DNA of 64,000 nt from Candidatus Eiseniibacteriota bacterium (lineage in GTDB: Bacteria > Eisenbacteria > RBG-16-71-46 > CAVPCR01): the NCBI GenBank assembly GCA_963823555.1, contig CAWGMA010000001.1, positions 1,184,001-1,248,000 of the forward strand, written 5' to 3'. The translations under genes and the position numbers were made by a program. A model generated the notes under the pieces. It was not told where the DNA came from, did not search any database, and saw only the letters and a program-made list of their open reading frames with translations. The number at the start of each line of letters is the position of its first letter. The stretch's first letter is position 1. Shown here in pieces: positions 40,078 to 49,482 of this stretch.

Positions 40078-41178
40078 ATCACCGTCCTCCGCGCCCGACG
40101 ATTCCTGATCCTGGCCGAAGGTGCCCTGGGCGCCTTCAGCGCGAAGACCGCCGTCGGTCTCATCCGCTATCGCGGTTCCGAGGTGGTCGGCGTCCTCGAC
40201 TCGGCCGCTGCCGGCCGCACCCTCGGGGATGTTCTGGGCATCCCCCATCCGGCGCCGGTGGTCGCCACGCTCGAGGCCGGCCTCGACCTGCATCCGGATA
40301 CGCTCCTGATCGGCATCGCCCCCCGCGGGGGAGGTCTCCCCGCGCCCTGGCGCGCGATTCTCATCGGTGCCATCTCGGCCGGACTCGATGTGATGAGCGG
40401 GCTCCATGTCTTCCTCGCCGATGATGCTGAGCTGGCTTCGCTCGCCGCGCGCCGCGGCGTCGAGCTCATCGACCTCCGGCGGCCGCCGGCGGAGATCAAG
40501 CTTCCGCGCGAGGCGCACGCCCCGCGGCCGCATGCGCGGCCGCTCGTCATCCTGACCGTGGGCAGCGACTGCAACGTGGGCAAGATGACAGCTGCACTCG
40601 AGATCGTGAAGGCGGCACGCCAGGCCGGCATTGACGCGAGCTTCGGAGCCACCGGGCAGACGGGAATTCTCATCGCCGGCGGTGGCATCGCCGTCGATCG
40701 CGTGGTCGCCGATTTCATCGCCGGGGCGACGGAGGCCGTGATCGACGACTTGGGCCCGGTCGAGTGGGTGGTGATCGAGGGTCAGGGATCGCTCCTCCAC
40801 CCCGCCTATTCCGGCGTTACTCTCGGGCTTTTGCATGGGGCGCGCCCGGATGCGATGATCCTGTGTCATCACGTCGGGCGGACGCGGATCGAGGGCTATG
40901 AGGTGTCCCTGCCGCCGCCGGCGGCGCTCGTGCGCCTCTACGAAGAGGCCGCGTCCTGGGTCGCTCCGGCCCCGGTCGTGGGCTTTGCCCTCAATGGGCG
41001 GGGCGCTCCCCCCGAAGTGCTCATCGAGTACGCCGCCCGCTGCCATCGCGAGACCGGGCTCGTGGCGGTGGATCCCTTGGTCGAGGCCCCGCGCCTCGTC
41101 ACCGCGATCAGGGAGTCTATGAAGAGTCGGGGCGCAAGGCCCTCTCGCGCCGCCGCGCCGGCGAAGGAGCCAGGATGA
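40078..41178 (+). CDS. DUF1611 / DgcN-like protein; start proposed at ATC 40078
   Basis: AKTAVGLIRY, SGLH, DCNVGKMT, TGQTG, EGQGSL; conserved sequence extends upstream of the called GTG 40183. Confidence 0.8.
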   Translation: MTVLRARRFLILAEGALGAFSAKTAVGLIRYRGSEVVGVLDSAAAGRTLGDVLGIPHPAPVVATLEAGLDLHPDTLLIGIAPRGGGLPAPWRAILIGAISAGLDVMSGLHVFLADDAELASLAARRGVELIDLRRPPAEIKLPREAHAPRPHARPLVILTVGSDCNVGKMTAALEIVKAARQAGIDASFGATGQTGILIAGGGIAVDRVVADFIAGATEAVIDDLGPVEWVVIEGQGSLLHPAYSGVTLGLLHGARPDAMILCHHVGRTRIEGYEVSLPPPAALVRLYEEAASWVAPAPVVGFALNGRGAPPEVLIEYAARCHRETGLVAVDPLVEAPRLVTAIRESMKSRGARPSRAAAPAKEPG

Positions 41179-42242
41179 GAATCCAGGTGGCCACGGTCGA
41201 TCTGGAGACGCAGCTTCCCTTCATCACGGCCCATGGCGGTTCGCGCCAGCATCAGAACGTGCTCGTCCAGATCGAGCATGAAGGTCTGATCGGGCTCGGA
41301 GAAGCCGCACCCACTCCCTACCATGGCGAGACGGTGGCCAGCGTCAAGGCGGCGCTCTCGACCATGATCCCCGCCGTCGAGGCGGTCGGCAGCCCCGTCC
41401 AGCTCGAGGCGATCCATGGCGCCATGGATCGCGTGCTGGCGGGCAACCGCGCGGCCAAGGCGGCGATCGATATCGCCTGTCATGACTGGATGGGGAAGCG
41501 GGTCGGGATGCCGCTCTACGCTCTGTTCGGACTCGATCCCACCTCGGCTCCGCCGAGTTCTTACACGGTGCCCATCGTACCCCTCGAGCATCTGCGCCAG
41601 GCGATGGCTGCGGGCGAGGGCTTCGGCGCCTTCAAGGTCAAGATGGGTGATCCCGGGGATGGCGAGCGCTTGAGCCAGGTACGCGCCGCCACGCAGAAGC
41701 CGATTCGCGTCGATGCCAATGCGGCCTGGAACGCAACCGAAGCGATCGGCCGGTTGCCAGAGCTCACGGCCGCCCACGTCGAGCTCCTGGAGCAGCCGGT
41801 CGCCGGGGACGACCTTCTCGGGCTGGCCCGCGTGCGCGACGCATCGCGCATTCCGGTTCTCGCCGACGAGCCGGCCCTGACCGCGCTCGACGTGCCGCGC
41901 CTGGTGGGGATGGCTGACGGCGTCAACGTCAAGCTGGCGAAGGCGGGAGGAATCCGTCCCGCTCTCGCCATGATCCAGGTGGCGCGCTCCCTGGGGCTCC
42001 GGATCATGCTCGGGTGCATGATCGAGTCCTCGATCGGGATCGCTGCTGCCGCCCACCTCTCGCCGCTGGTGGACTGGGTGGATCTGGACGGCCACTTGCT
42101 CCTTGCCCGCGATCCTGCGCGCGGGCTGTCGCTTGTCGGGGGCCGCGTCGAACCGCGGGCGGCGCCGGGGCTCGGCGTGGAGCTCACCGCACCGGTGTTC
42201 GATCGCGGGGAAGGCTCGGACCGGGAGCGCCCCTCCTCATGA
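41175..42242 (+). CDS. Enolase-superfamily dipeptide epimerase / DgcA-like racemase
   Basis: KVK, VDAN, EQP, ADE, NVKLAKAGG, GCMIES, DLDG. Confidence 0.88.
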   Translation: MRIQVATVDLETQLPFITAHGGSRQHQNVLVQIEHEGLIGLGEAAPTPYHGETVASVKAALSTMIPAVEAVGSPVQLEAIHGAMDRVLAGNRAAKAAIDIACHDWMGKRVGMPLYALFGLDPTSAPPSSYTVPIVPLEHLRQAMAAGEGFGAFKVKMGDPGDGERLSQVRAATQKPIRVDANAAWNATEAIGRLPELTAAHVELLEQPVAGDDLLGLARVRDASRIPVLADEPALTALDVPRLVGMADGVNVKLAKAGGIRPALAMIQVARSLGLRIMLGCMIESSIGIAAAAHLSPLVDWVDLDGHLLLARDPARGLSLVGGRVEPRAAPGLGVELTAPVFDRGEGSDRERPSS

Positions 42243-43165
42243 GCGGCCATCACGGCATGGGCCACCAGTCGGAGCGTGGCGTTCTCGAGCGGCGCCTGCG
42301 GGTGGCCTTCGTCATCACGGCGCTCATCCTCGTCGCGGAGGTCGCCGGCGGCATCCTGACGAGAAGCCTGGCGCTCCTCTCCGATGCCGGGCACGTCTTT
42401 ACCGATCTGTTCGCCCTCGGCATCTCGGCGTATGCGCTCAGCCTCTCCCGCGTGCCTCCCGACTCGGCGCGCACGTACGGCTATCACCGGGCCGAAGTGT
42501 TCGCAGCGCTCGCCAACGGGATCGGCCTCGTGGCCATCTGCGTCTGGATCGTGGCCGAGGCCGTGAAGCGCTTCCAGGCCCCGGTCGCCGTCGATTCGGG
42601 CCCGATGACCGTCGTGGCCCTGGTCGGGCTCGCCGCCAACATCGCCATTGTGCTGCTCCTGCGCGGCCATGCCGGCGAGAACCTGAACGCCAGGAGCGCG
42701 CTCATGCACGTGATCGGCGATCTTCTCGCCTCGGTGGCCGTGGTCGGCGGCGGGCTGGTGATGTGGGCCACCGGCTTCTACCTGATCGACCCCATCCTGA
42801 GCCTGGTCGTCGTCGCCATCCTGGCTCGCGGCGCCACCCGGATCATCGCCGAAGCCTCGCACATTCTCCTCGAAGGGACCCCGCGCGGTATCGAGCTGTC
42901 CAAGGTGGAACGGGCCATCAGTCAGATCGATGGGGTGCGCGGAGTGCATGATCTGCACATCTGGAGTCTCTGCTCCGAGTACGCGGCGCTCTCGGTTCAC
43001 GTCATCATCCAGGAGCAGTCGACGAGCGATGCCCGGGAGATCGTCGACCGCGTCGGAAACATGCTGGCCGAGCGCTACCGCATCATCCATACGACGATCC
43101 AACCTGAAAGCGTGCCCTGCGCCGTCGAGGATTCGGCCGTTTGCTCGCAGGAGCACAGCCACTAG
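42239..43165 (+). CDS. Cation diffusion facilitator (CzcD/ZitB-like)
   Basis: SLALLSDAGH, TYGYHRAE, HVIGD, HDLHIW. Confidence 0.93.
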   Translation: MSGHHGMGHQSERGVLERRLRVAFVITALILVAEVAGGILTRSLALLSDAGHVFTDLFALGISAYALSLSRVPPDSARTYGYHRAEVFAALANGIGLVAICVWIVAEAVKRFQAPVAVDSGPMTVVALVGLAANIAIVLLLRGHAGENLNARSALMHVIGDLLASVAVVGGGLVMWATGFYLIDPILSLVVVAILARGATRIIAEASHILLEGTPRGIELSKVERAISQIDGVRGVHDLHIWSLCSEYAALSVHVIIQEQSTSDAREIVDRVGNMLAERYRIIHTTIQPESVPCAVEDSAVCSQEHSH

Positions 43166-43191
43166 GGCATGACGCCCTGGGGGAGGTCGCG

Positions 43192-44001
43192 ATGCGTGTC
43201 ACCATCCTCGGCTCGGGCACCCTGGTTCCCACGGGTATTCGCGGTCCGGCCGGTTATGCCGTCCATGTCGCGGACACGGTGCTGCTCCTCGATGGTGGTA
43301 CCGGCACGCTCCGCCGCCTGGCCGAAGCCGGTATCGACTACCGTGCCATCGACCAGGTCTTCTACACGCACATTCACCCCGATCACACCGGAGACCTGAT
43401 CCCGTTTCTCTTTGCCCAGCGCCACACCCCGGGATTCCGTCGCGTTCGTGACCTGTGGGTCTCGGGGCCGCGCGGGTTCACGTCGTTCTACGAGCGCTTG
43501 ACCGCGGTCTTCGATCGCTGGATCGCGAGCGATGGCTACGCGGTTAACGTGCGCGAGATGTGGGAGGGTGGAGTCGACCTGGGTGGGGTGCGCGTCGACG
43601 CCGTCGCGCTCCGTCATTCGGTGGCTGCGGTCGGCTATCGCATCACGGCTCCCGACGGGGCCACGGTGGCCTACACCGGCGACACCGATGTCACGGCAGC
43701 GGTGAGTGAACTGGCTCGCGACGCCGACCTCCTCATCGCCGACTGCTCGACGCCCGATGAGGGCAAGGTGGAGGGGCATCTGACGCCAGGACTGGTCGGC
43801 GAGCTGGCGCAGGCCGCCCGCGTCCGGCATGTCGTCCTGAGCCATCTGTATCCGGAATGCGACGGCGTCGATATCGAGGGTCAGTGCCGGCGCCGCTATG
43901 ATGGCGAGGTCGTGCGGGCGCATGACCTGATGCGCATCGAGGTCCGAGCCGGAGCGCCGCTCGTGATCACCGCGGCGTCACCGGGACCGATCACGACCTA
44001 G
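43192..44001 (+). CDS. MBL-fold hydrolase, RNase Z/arylsulfatase-like
   Basis: ILGSG, THIHPDHTGD, YTGDT, LSHLYP. Confidence 0.82.
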   Translation: MRVTILGSGTLVPTGIRGPAGYAVHVADTVLLLDGGTGTLRRLAEAGIDYRAIDQVFYTHIHPDHTGDLIPFLFAQRHTPGFRRVRDLWVSGPRGFTSFYERLTAVFDRWIASDGYAVNVREMWEGGVDLGGVRVDAVALRHSVAAVGYRITAPDGATVAYTGDTDVTAAVSELARDADLLIADCSTPDEGKVEGHLTPGLVGELAQAARVRHVVLSHLYPECDGVDIEGQCRRRYDGEVVRAHDLMRIEVRAGAPLVITAASPGPITT

Positions 44002-44027
44002 CCGGGGGGCCGGGGCGGGAGAGCGTT

Positions 44028-45440
44028 ATGGCGGAGTCCTCGGGACAGCCGCTTGCAGACTGGGAGGCGCAGGTGCCGGCTACCCTGCGGGCGCTGGCTG
44101 CTCGCCTCGCCGCCGCCGGACACTCCGCCTACCTCGTCGGCGGCTCGCTTCGCGATCTCCTTCTTGGCCGGATCCCCGCGGACTGGGATCTGGCGACGAG
44201 CGCGGTCCCCGGTGAGGTGCGCCAGCTATTCGATCGCGTCATACCGACGGGCGAGAAGCACGGCACGATGACCGTCGTCATCGGCGATGTCGCCTACGAG
44301 GTCACGACGCTCCGCGAGGACGGGGTCTATTCCGATCGCCGCCGGCCGGATCGCGTCGAGTTCACCTCGGATCTCGAGGTGGACTTGAGGCGCCGGGATT
44401 TCACCATCAATGCCATGGCGCTCGACCTGTCCAGCGGGGCCCTGGTCGATCCCAGCAGCGGGCGTGCCGACCTCGCCGCCGGCATGGTCCGAGCCGTGGG
44501 CGACCCCGACCGGCGCTTCGCCGAGGATGCGCTCCGCCTGCTCCGGGCGGCCCGTTTCGCCGCACAGCTCGGGTTCACCATCGATGAGCCGACTCGAGCG
44601 GCGATGCAACGCCGGGCGGATCTCATCAAGGAGATCGCGCCCGAACGCGTGCGAGAGGAGTTGATGGCGCTCCTTGCCGCCGACCGCCCGGCGCTCGGGA
44701 TCGCGCTCCTCTCTGCGGTGGGTGTTCTCGCCCACTTGATCCCGGAGCTGGAAGAGGGGATCGGCGTCACGCAGAACCGCTTTCATCGCTATGACGTGTT
44801 CACTCACGTGCTGTTCACGGTCAACCGCGCCCCGGCCGGGCGGCCGCGGGTCCGCCTGGCCGCGCTCCTGCATGACCTGGCGAAGCCGCGCACGCGTGAG
44901 CTCAGGGAGGGGGAGGCGACCTTCTACGAGCACGACAAGATCGGGGCCGAGATGGTCGATACGATCATGAAGCGGCTGCGCTTCTCGAACGCCGAGCGCC
45001 TGGCCGTCGTCGGTCTCGTCAAGAACCATCTCATCCTCTACAGCGCCGAATGGAGCGACGCCGCCGTCCGGCGCCTGATCCGGCGCGTGGGGGAGGAGAA
45101 CCTTCCGGACCTCTTCGCGCTCGCCGCCGCCGATGCCAGTGCGCGGGGCCGGGGAGCGGGGGAGCCGGCGGGGCTCCCCGGGCTCGAGAAGCGCGTTCGG
45201 GCGATCCTGGCCGCCCGGGATCGAGAATTGCCGGTCAAGCTCGCCCTGGATGGGGCCGACATCATCGCTGCGCTCGGCATCGCGCCCGGACCCGAGGTTG
45301 GGAAATGGCTTGCGATGCTTCGGGAGGCCGTGATAGACGATCCGGGACGCAACACGCGCGCTGAGCTCCTTGCCATCTTGAGACGCAGTGCTCCAGGGAT
45401 GGCGCCCGGTGTTCAGGGGGACCAGCCTGAAACTGAATGA
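44028..45440 (+). CDS. cca: Class II tRNA nucleotidyltransferase with HD domain
   Basis: GGSLRD, DWDLAT, RRDFTINA, EDALR, LLHDLAK; flexible loop present. Confidence 0.8.
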   Translation: MAESSGQPLADWEAQVPATLRALAARLAAAGHSAYLVGGSLRDLLLGRIPADWDLATSAVPGEVRQLFDRVIPTGEKHGTMTVVIGDVAYEVTTLREDGVYSDRRRPDRVEFTSDLEVDLRRRDFTINAMALDLSSGALVDPSSGRADLAAGMVRAVGDPDRRFAEDALRLLRAARFAAQLGFTIDEPTRAAMQRRADLIKEIAPERVREELMALLAADRPALGIALLSAVGVLAHLIPELEEGIGVTQNRFHRYDVFTHVLFTVNRAPAGRPRVRLAALLHDLAKPRTRELREGEATFYEHDKIGAEMVDTIMKRLRFSNAERLAVVGLVKNHLILYSAEWSDAAVRRLIRRVGEENLPDLFALAAADASARGRGAGEPAGLPGLEKRVRAILAARDRELPVKLALDGADIIAALGIAPGPEVGKWLAMLREAVIDDPGRNTRAELLAILRRSAPGMAPGVQGDQPETE

Positions 45441-45522
45441 GCGGCAGGGTCCTTAGGGATTGGCCGACGTCGGCTTTTGGACCGCTGCACAGACGGCAAG
45501 ACTCCAGGAGGTGGAGGTGATC

Positions 45523-46890
45523 GTGCCCTCTATCGAGGCCTTCCAGCGCGCATCAGATTCCCCGGCTCGGAGGCCGCGGAGACATGATCTTCTCCACGCC
45601 TGTTTTCTCGCCACCTCCCTCCTGATAGGCGCCCTGGCCATCAACTGCAGTCCCGGCCATGACGTGCCCCGCCCGGGGATGGGCGAGATTCGCCTCCTGG
45701 ACGCGAGCCTCCTCGACCAGACGATGGCAGTGGCCGATCGGTTCGAGCAGGAAATCGGGCGCCACGGGTCCCTCTCCCGGGCCCTGGCGGGGGGTGCGGG
45801 GATACCGGCTGCGGCCGTGGACTCGTGGATCCACGCCTTCTCGGACGTGCTCGACCTCCGGCGCCTCCGGCCTGATGACCGCATCCTCGTCGAGTTCATG
45901 GAGTCTGGCAGCCCGGCCCGGGTCGAGCTGTTCCGCAGCCCGGCCGAGCGCTACGAGGCGGTGCGGACCGCTTCGGGGACCCTGTCGGCGCGACGGATTC
46001 CCGTCCTCAAGGAGGAACGGGTCCGCCATCTGGCGGGCGCTGTCGAGACCTCGCTCTACGAGGCCATGCTCGCCGCCGGGGGCGACGGGGAGACGGTGGC
46101 CCGCATGGCCGATCTCCTGGCTTACGATGTGGATTTCTTCACCGACCCGCGTCCCGGAGATCGCTTCGACGTCCTGGTCGAGGAAACCTGGGTGGAAGGG
46201 GAGCGAGTGGGCGGCGGAACGATCCTCCTCGCCCGTTACGAAGGGCAGCGAGCTGAGCAGACGGCCTACCGTTTCACTGCGCCCGATGGACATGTCGACT
46301 ACTACGATGCCGCCGGCGCGTCGCTCAGGAAGGCGCTCTTGCGCTCGCCGCTCAGCTACAGGCGGGTCACCTCGCACTTCTCGAACCGGCGCCTCCACCC
46401 GATCCATCGGACCTACCGCCCGCACTGGGGGGTCGATTTCGGGGCTCCGATCGGGACGCCGGTGGTCGCCGTCGGCGACGGCACGGTCCGGTTCGCCGGG
46501 TACAAGGGCGCGAACGGGAACCTCGTCATCCTCAAGCACCCGAACGGGTACGAGACCTACTATCTCCACCTGCATCGATTCGCCTCGGGCGTGCGCACCG
46601 GGGCCCGGGTGAAGCAAGGCCAGCTGATCGGCACGGTGGGGAAGACCGGGGTGGCGACCGGCCCCCATCTCGACTTCCGGGTCAAGCATCGCGGGCGGTT
46701 CCTCGATCCTCTCAAGCTGACCCTACCGCCGGGCCCTCCGGTTCCAGCTGACAGCCGGCTGGCCTATGCCACGGAGCAGAGTCGACTCGTGGCCCTGGTC
46801 AGCCGTATCGCCCCTGGGGAAGCCGTCCCCGCCAGCGAACTCGTACACTATGCCGACGGTGTGAAGGTCGAGGAGGGCAATAACCTGTAG
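45523..46890 (+). CDS. M23 peptidoglycan DD-endopeptidase (MepM-like)
   Basis: HWGVDFG, YLHL, ATGPHLDF; N-terminal hydrophobic anchor. Confidence 0.9.
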   Translation: MPSIEAFQRASDSPARRPRRHDLLHACFLATSLLIGALAINCSPGHDVPRPGMGEIRLLDASLLDQTMAVADRFEQEIGRHGSLSRALAGGAGIPAAAVDSWIHAFSDVLDLRRLRPDDRILVEFMESGSPARVELFRSPAERYEAVRTASGTLSARRIPVLKEERVRHLAGAVETSLYEAMLAAGGDGETVARMADLLAYDVDFFTDPRPGDRFDVLVEETWVEGERVGGGTILLARYEGQRAEQTAYRFTAPDGHVDYYDAAGASLRKALLRSPLSYRRVTSHFSNRRLHPIHRTYRPHWGVDFGAPIGTPVVAVGDGTVRFAGYKGANGNLVILKHPNGYETYYLHLHRFASGVRTGARVKQGQLIGTVGKTGVATGPHLDFRVKHRGRFLDPLKLTLPPGPPVPADSRLAYATEQSRLVALVSRIAPGEAVPASELVHYADGVKVEEGNNL

Positions 46891-46938
46891 CCCTCGGGCC
46901 CCATCGCCGAAGGCCCTTCGATCGGCCCGTCTTGTTCG

Positions 46939-46995
46939 GAGGCCAGACGCCGGGTGTTGCGTTGCACTCATCCGGCGTCTGGTCTCTTTGCGTTT
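46939..46995 (+). terminator. Intrinsic terminator
   Basis: 18-bp stem GAGGCCAGACGCCGGGTG/CATCCGGCGTCTGGTCTC followed by TTTGCGTTT. Confidence 0.7.
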
Positions 46996-47028
46996 GGAAG
47001 CGGAGAGCGGAAGGCGGAGAGCGGAGGT

Positions 47029-47072
47029 AACAAAAGAACGCACGAGCAGCACCTCCGAGTGCCGCCCGTGCG
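47029..47072 (-). terminator. Intrinsic terminator of the 47697 gene
   Basis: 14-bp stem CGCACGGGCGGCAC/GTGCTGCTCGTGCG followed by TTCTTTTGTT on the minus strand. Confidence 0.75.
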
Positions 47073-47118
47073 CTCTAATTGAGCCCTAGGCCCTATGGGG
47101 TCTGCAGCGGGTCGCGCC

Positions 47119-47697
47119 TTACGGAGCGACGAAGTGCTGCTGGAAGAACGACAGGTCGCCCAGGTCCGGCGCGCCACCGCTCAGGTTCAGGTCGCCCTGG
47201 AACCCGGGGCCGCCGGAGACGAACGCCTGCTGGAAGATCGAGAGGTCGGAGAGAGCGACGAGGGTGTTGCCGTCCTCGTCCGGGCTCGTGACCTCGTTCA
47301 GGGTGCGGAAGAGGCCCACCGACACGATGCGGATCTCGACGACCGCCGTGCTCTGGCAGGAACCGCCGCCCTGATCCAGCTTGGTCGCGTTCCAAACGAC
47401 GTTGCCGTTGGCATCCGACGCCGCGTTCGGATTCAGGACCACTGGATTCTGGCACGGTGCCTTGATCTCGAGTTCGATGTCGTTCGCCGGCCAGTTGGCT
47501 ACCGGCTGACCCGCCGCATTGCGCAGCGTGCCGTCAAAGGTGTATTGGAAAACGGGATTCCCAACTTCGATGTTCTTCGGGCTACGGCCCAGTCTGGAAT
47601 CGAAGGTGCTCTGCTGCGGGTCCGGCACGTTCGCCAACGCCATCCCGGTGATGAGAACCAGGGCCAGACACACGACCGAGGAAACCGCAAGACGCAT
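47119..47697 (-). CDS. Secreted protein with Ig-like region and dockerin-like duplicated Ca-binding C-terminus
   Basis: Signal peptide ending ALA-N, SD GGAGG, repeats DEDGNTLVALSDLSIF and DLNLSGGAPDLGDLSFF. Confidence 0.7.
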   Translation of the reverse strand: MRLAVSSVVCLALVLITGMALANVPDPQQSTFDSRLGRSPKNIEVGNPVFQYTFDGTLRNAAGQPVANWPANDIELEIKAPCQNPVVLNPNAASDANGNVVWNATKLDQGGGSCQSTAVVEIRIVSVGLFRTLNEVTSPDEDGNTLVALSDLSIFQQAFVSGGPGFQGDLNLSGGAPDLGDLSFFQQHFVAP

Positions 47698-47943
47698 TCT
47701 TGTACCTCCCAGGTGGGCCAGCCGCCACACCGTCGGTAACCGACGCTATCCAAGGATGTTCGGGGCGTCTGCCAGCAAGCAGGGCCCCAGGCTCGTAAAG
47801 GAGTCTAGCAGATTCCCCGGACATGTGCAAAAGGCTTGTTTTGCTTCCGGATGAGGCCCCCCGGCAGCCCGGTTGAGGCTCCCCGGGGCCCGCCCTGCTG
47901 CGATGAGCCGGCTCCCCTGGGACCGGCTGCCGCCGGGCTTTCG

Positions 47944-47973
47944 TTGACCGGATTCGGCCCCGGATGCTAACCT
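47944..47973 (+). promoter_or_regulatory. Sigma70 promoter
   Basis: TTGACC-N18-TAACCT with extended TG. Confidence 0.55.
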
Positions 47974-48010
47974 GCCGGGCTTACAGCTGTTATGGCATCG
48001 GCCGGGGTCA

Positions 48011-49006
48011 ATGGAAGATGATCTGATGGTGGAGTTGGCCTTTCAGGTGCCCGTCGAGGCGGATCTCGCACGGGTGGACCGCCTGATCCAGGAGTTTTTC
48101 CATGCGAGCGCGAGCGGCCTGGCCCGCGATGTGGCGCGGCACGTGCTCGCAACCAATGGCAAGCGCGTGCGACCGACGTTGCTGCTCCTCGTGGCGCGGC
48201 GCCAGCGGGAGACGCCGGAGCGCGCGATCCTCTCCGGGGCGGCGGTCGAGCTCATTCACATGGCCACGCTCATCCATGATGATTCGATCGATCGCAGCAT
48301 GCTGCGGCGTGGGCTGCCCACCATCAATTCGATGTATTCCGACCAGGTGTCGATCATCATGGGCGACTTCGTCTATTCGAAGGCGTTCGCCGTGATGGTG
48401 GAGCGCGGGCTCTACCGGGAGATGGGTATCCTCGCCGAGACGGCGCATGTCATGAGCCGCGGCGAGATGCGGCAGCTCGAGCGCAAGAACCGCTTGACCT
48501 CGACCGAGGCCGACTACCTGGAAGTGATCGACGAGAAGACGGCATCCCTGTTCCATGCCGCGTGCACGATCGGAGCCATCGCTCGCGGCAGTTCGGAAGA
48601 GGAAATCGCCGCCCTCGGTCGGTTCGGGATCGCCTACGGGCGCGCTTTCCAGATCACCGACGACCTCTTCGATTTCATCGGTGAGGAGGCCGTGATGGGG
48701 AAGGCTCGCGGTTCGGACCTGAAGAGCGGGCGGGTGACCTTGCCGGTCATCGCCGCGCTCGCCAATGCCTCGCCGCGCGAGTGGAGCCGGATCGAGGAAG
48801 TGGTGTTGAGCGGGGGGCTCGCCAACGGGTTGTGGGACGAGGTGGTGTCGTTCATCGATCTCAAGGGTGGCGTGGACTACTGCTTCGAACGTGCCGCCCA
48901 TCATGCCCGGGAGGCGCGGGCGATTCTCGAAGAAGTCGACCTCGACACCGACTCCCGCCAGGCGCTGGCGGCAGCGGTCGACCATGTCGTGCAGCGCCGG
49001 CGCTGA
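48011..49006 (+). CDS. Long-chain polyprenyl diphosphate synthase (IspB/HepT-like)
   Basis: GKRVRP, LIHDDSID, EKTASLF, FQITDDLFD. Confidence 0.92.
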   Translation: MEDDLMVELAFQVPVEADLARVDRLIQEFFHASASGLARDVARHVLATNGKRVRPTLLLLVARRQRETPERAILSGAAVELIHMATLIHDDSIDRSMLRRGLPTINSMYSDQVSIIMGDFVYSKAFAVMVERGLYREMGILAETAHVMSRGEMRQLERKNRLTSTEADYLEVIDEKTASLFHAACTIGAIARGSSEEEIAALGRFGIAYGRAFQITDDLFDFIGEEAVMGKARGSDLKSGRVTLPVIAALANASPREWSRIEEVVLSGGLANGLWDEVVSFIDLKGGVDYCFERAAHHAREARAILEEVDLDTDSRQALAAAVDHVVQRRR

Positions 49007-49027
49007 TTCAAGCCGAGGAGCGAGCGA

Positions 49028-49423
49028 CTGGAACGTTCGGAGACGAGCCGAAGGGCAAGGCGGCGGCTGAAGCCACAGGAAGAAGCGCGCGCGCTCGCCC
49101 GCACGGCGGCGGAGCACGCCGCGAGCAAGAAGGCCGAGGACATCCTCGTTCTCGACCTGACCGGCCTGTCGCCGGTCTGTGATTTCTTTGTGATCTGCCA
49201 CGGCGAATCCGACATCCAGGTCAAGGCCATCGCCGACGCCGTGGTCGAAGGACTGGAGCACGAGGGTGCCGGGCCCTGGCACGTCGAGGGCTACTCCGGC
49301 CGGAGCTGGATCCTCCTCGACTACGTCGATGTCGTGGTCCATGTCTTCCATCGTGACGCCCGCCTCCACTATCGCCTCGAGGACCTGTGGGGAGACGCGC
49401 CCCGCGAGGTGCTCGAGGCCTGA
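49028..49423 (+). CDS. rsfS: Ribosome silencing factor; start proposed at CTG 49028
   Basis: SKKAEDILVLDL...DFFVIC, WILLDYVDVVVHVF, YRLEDLWGDAP; conserved N-terminus lies upstream of the called GTG 49190. Confidence 0.88.
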   Translation: MERSETSRRARRRLKPQEEARALARTAAEHAASKKAEDILVLDLTGLSPVCDFFVICHGESDIQVKAIADAVVEGLEHEGAGPWHVEGYSGRSWILLDYVDVVVHVFHRDARLHYRLEDLWGDAPREVLEA

Positions 49424-49482
49424 CGGGCTCCCGCCAGCCGCTCGCGGCTAGGCGCCGATCGCCCGGTCCTGGGGTAACCCCG

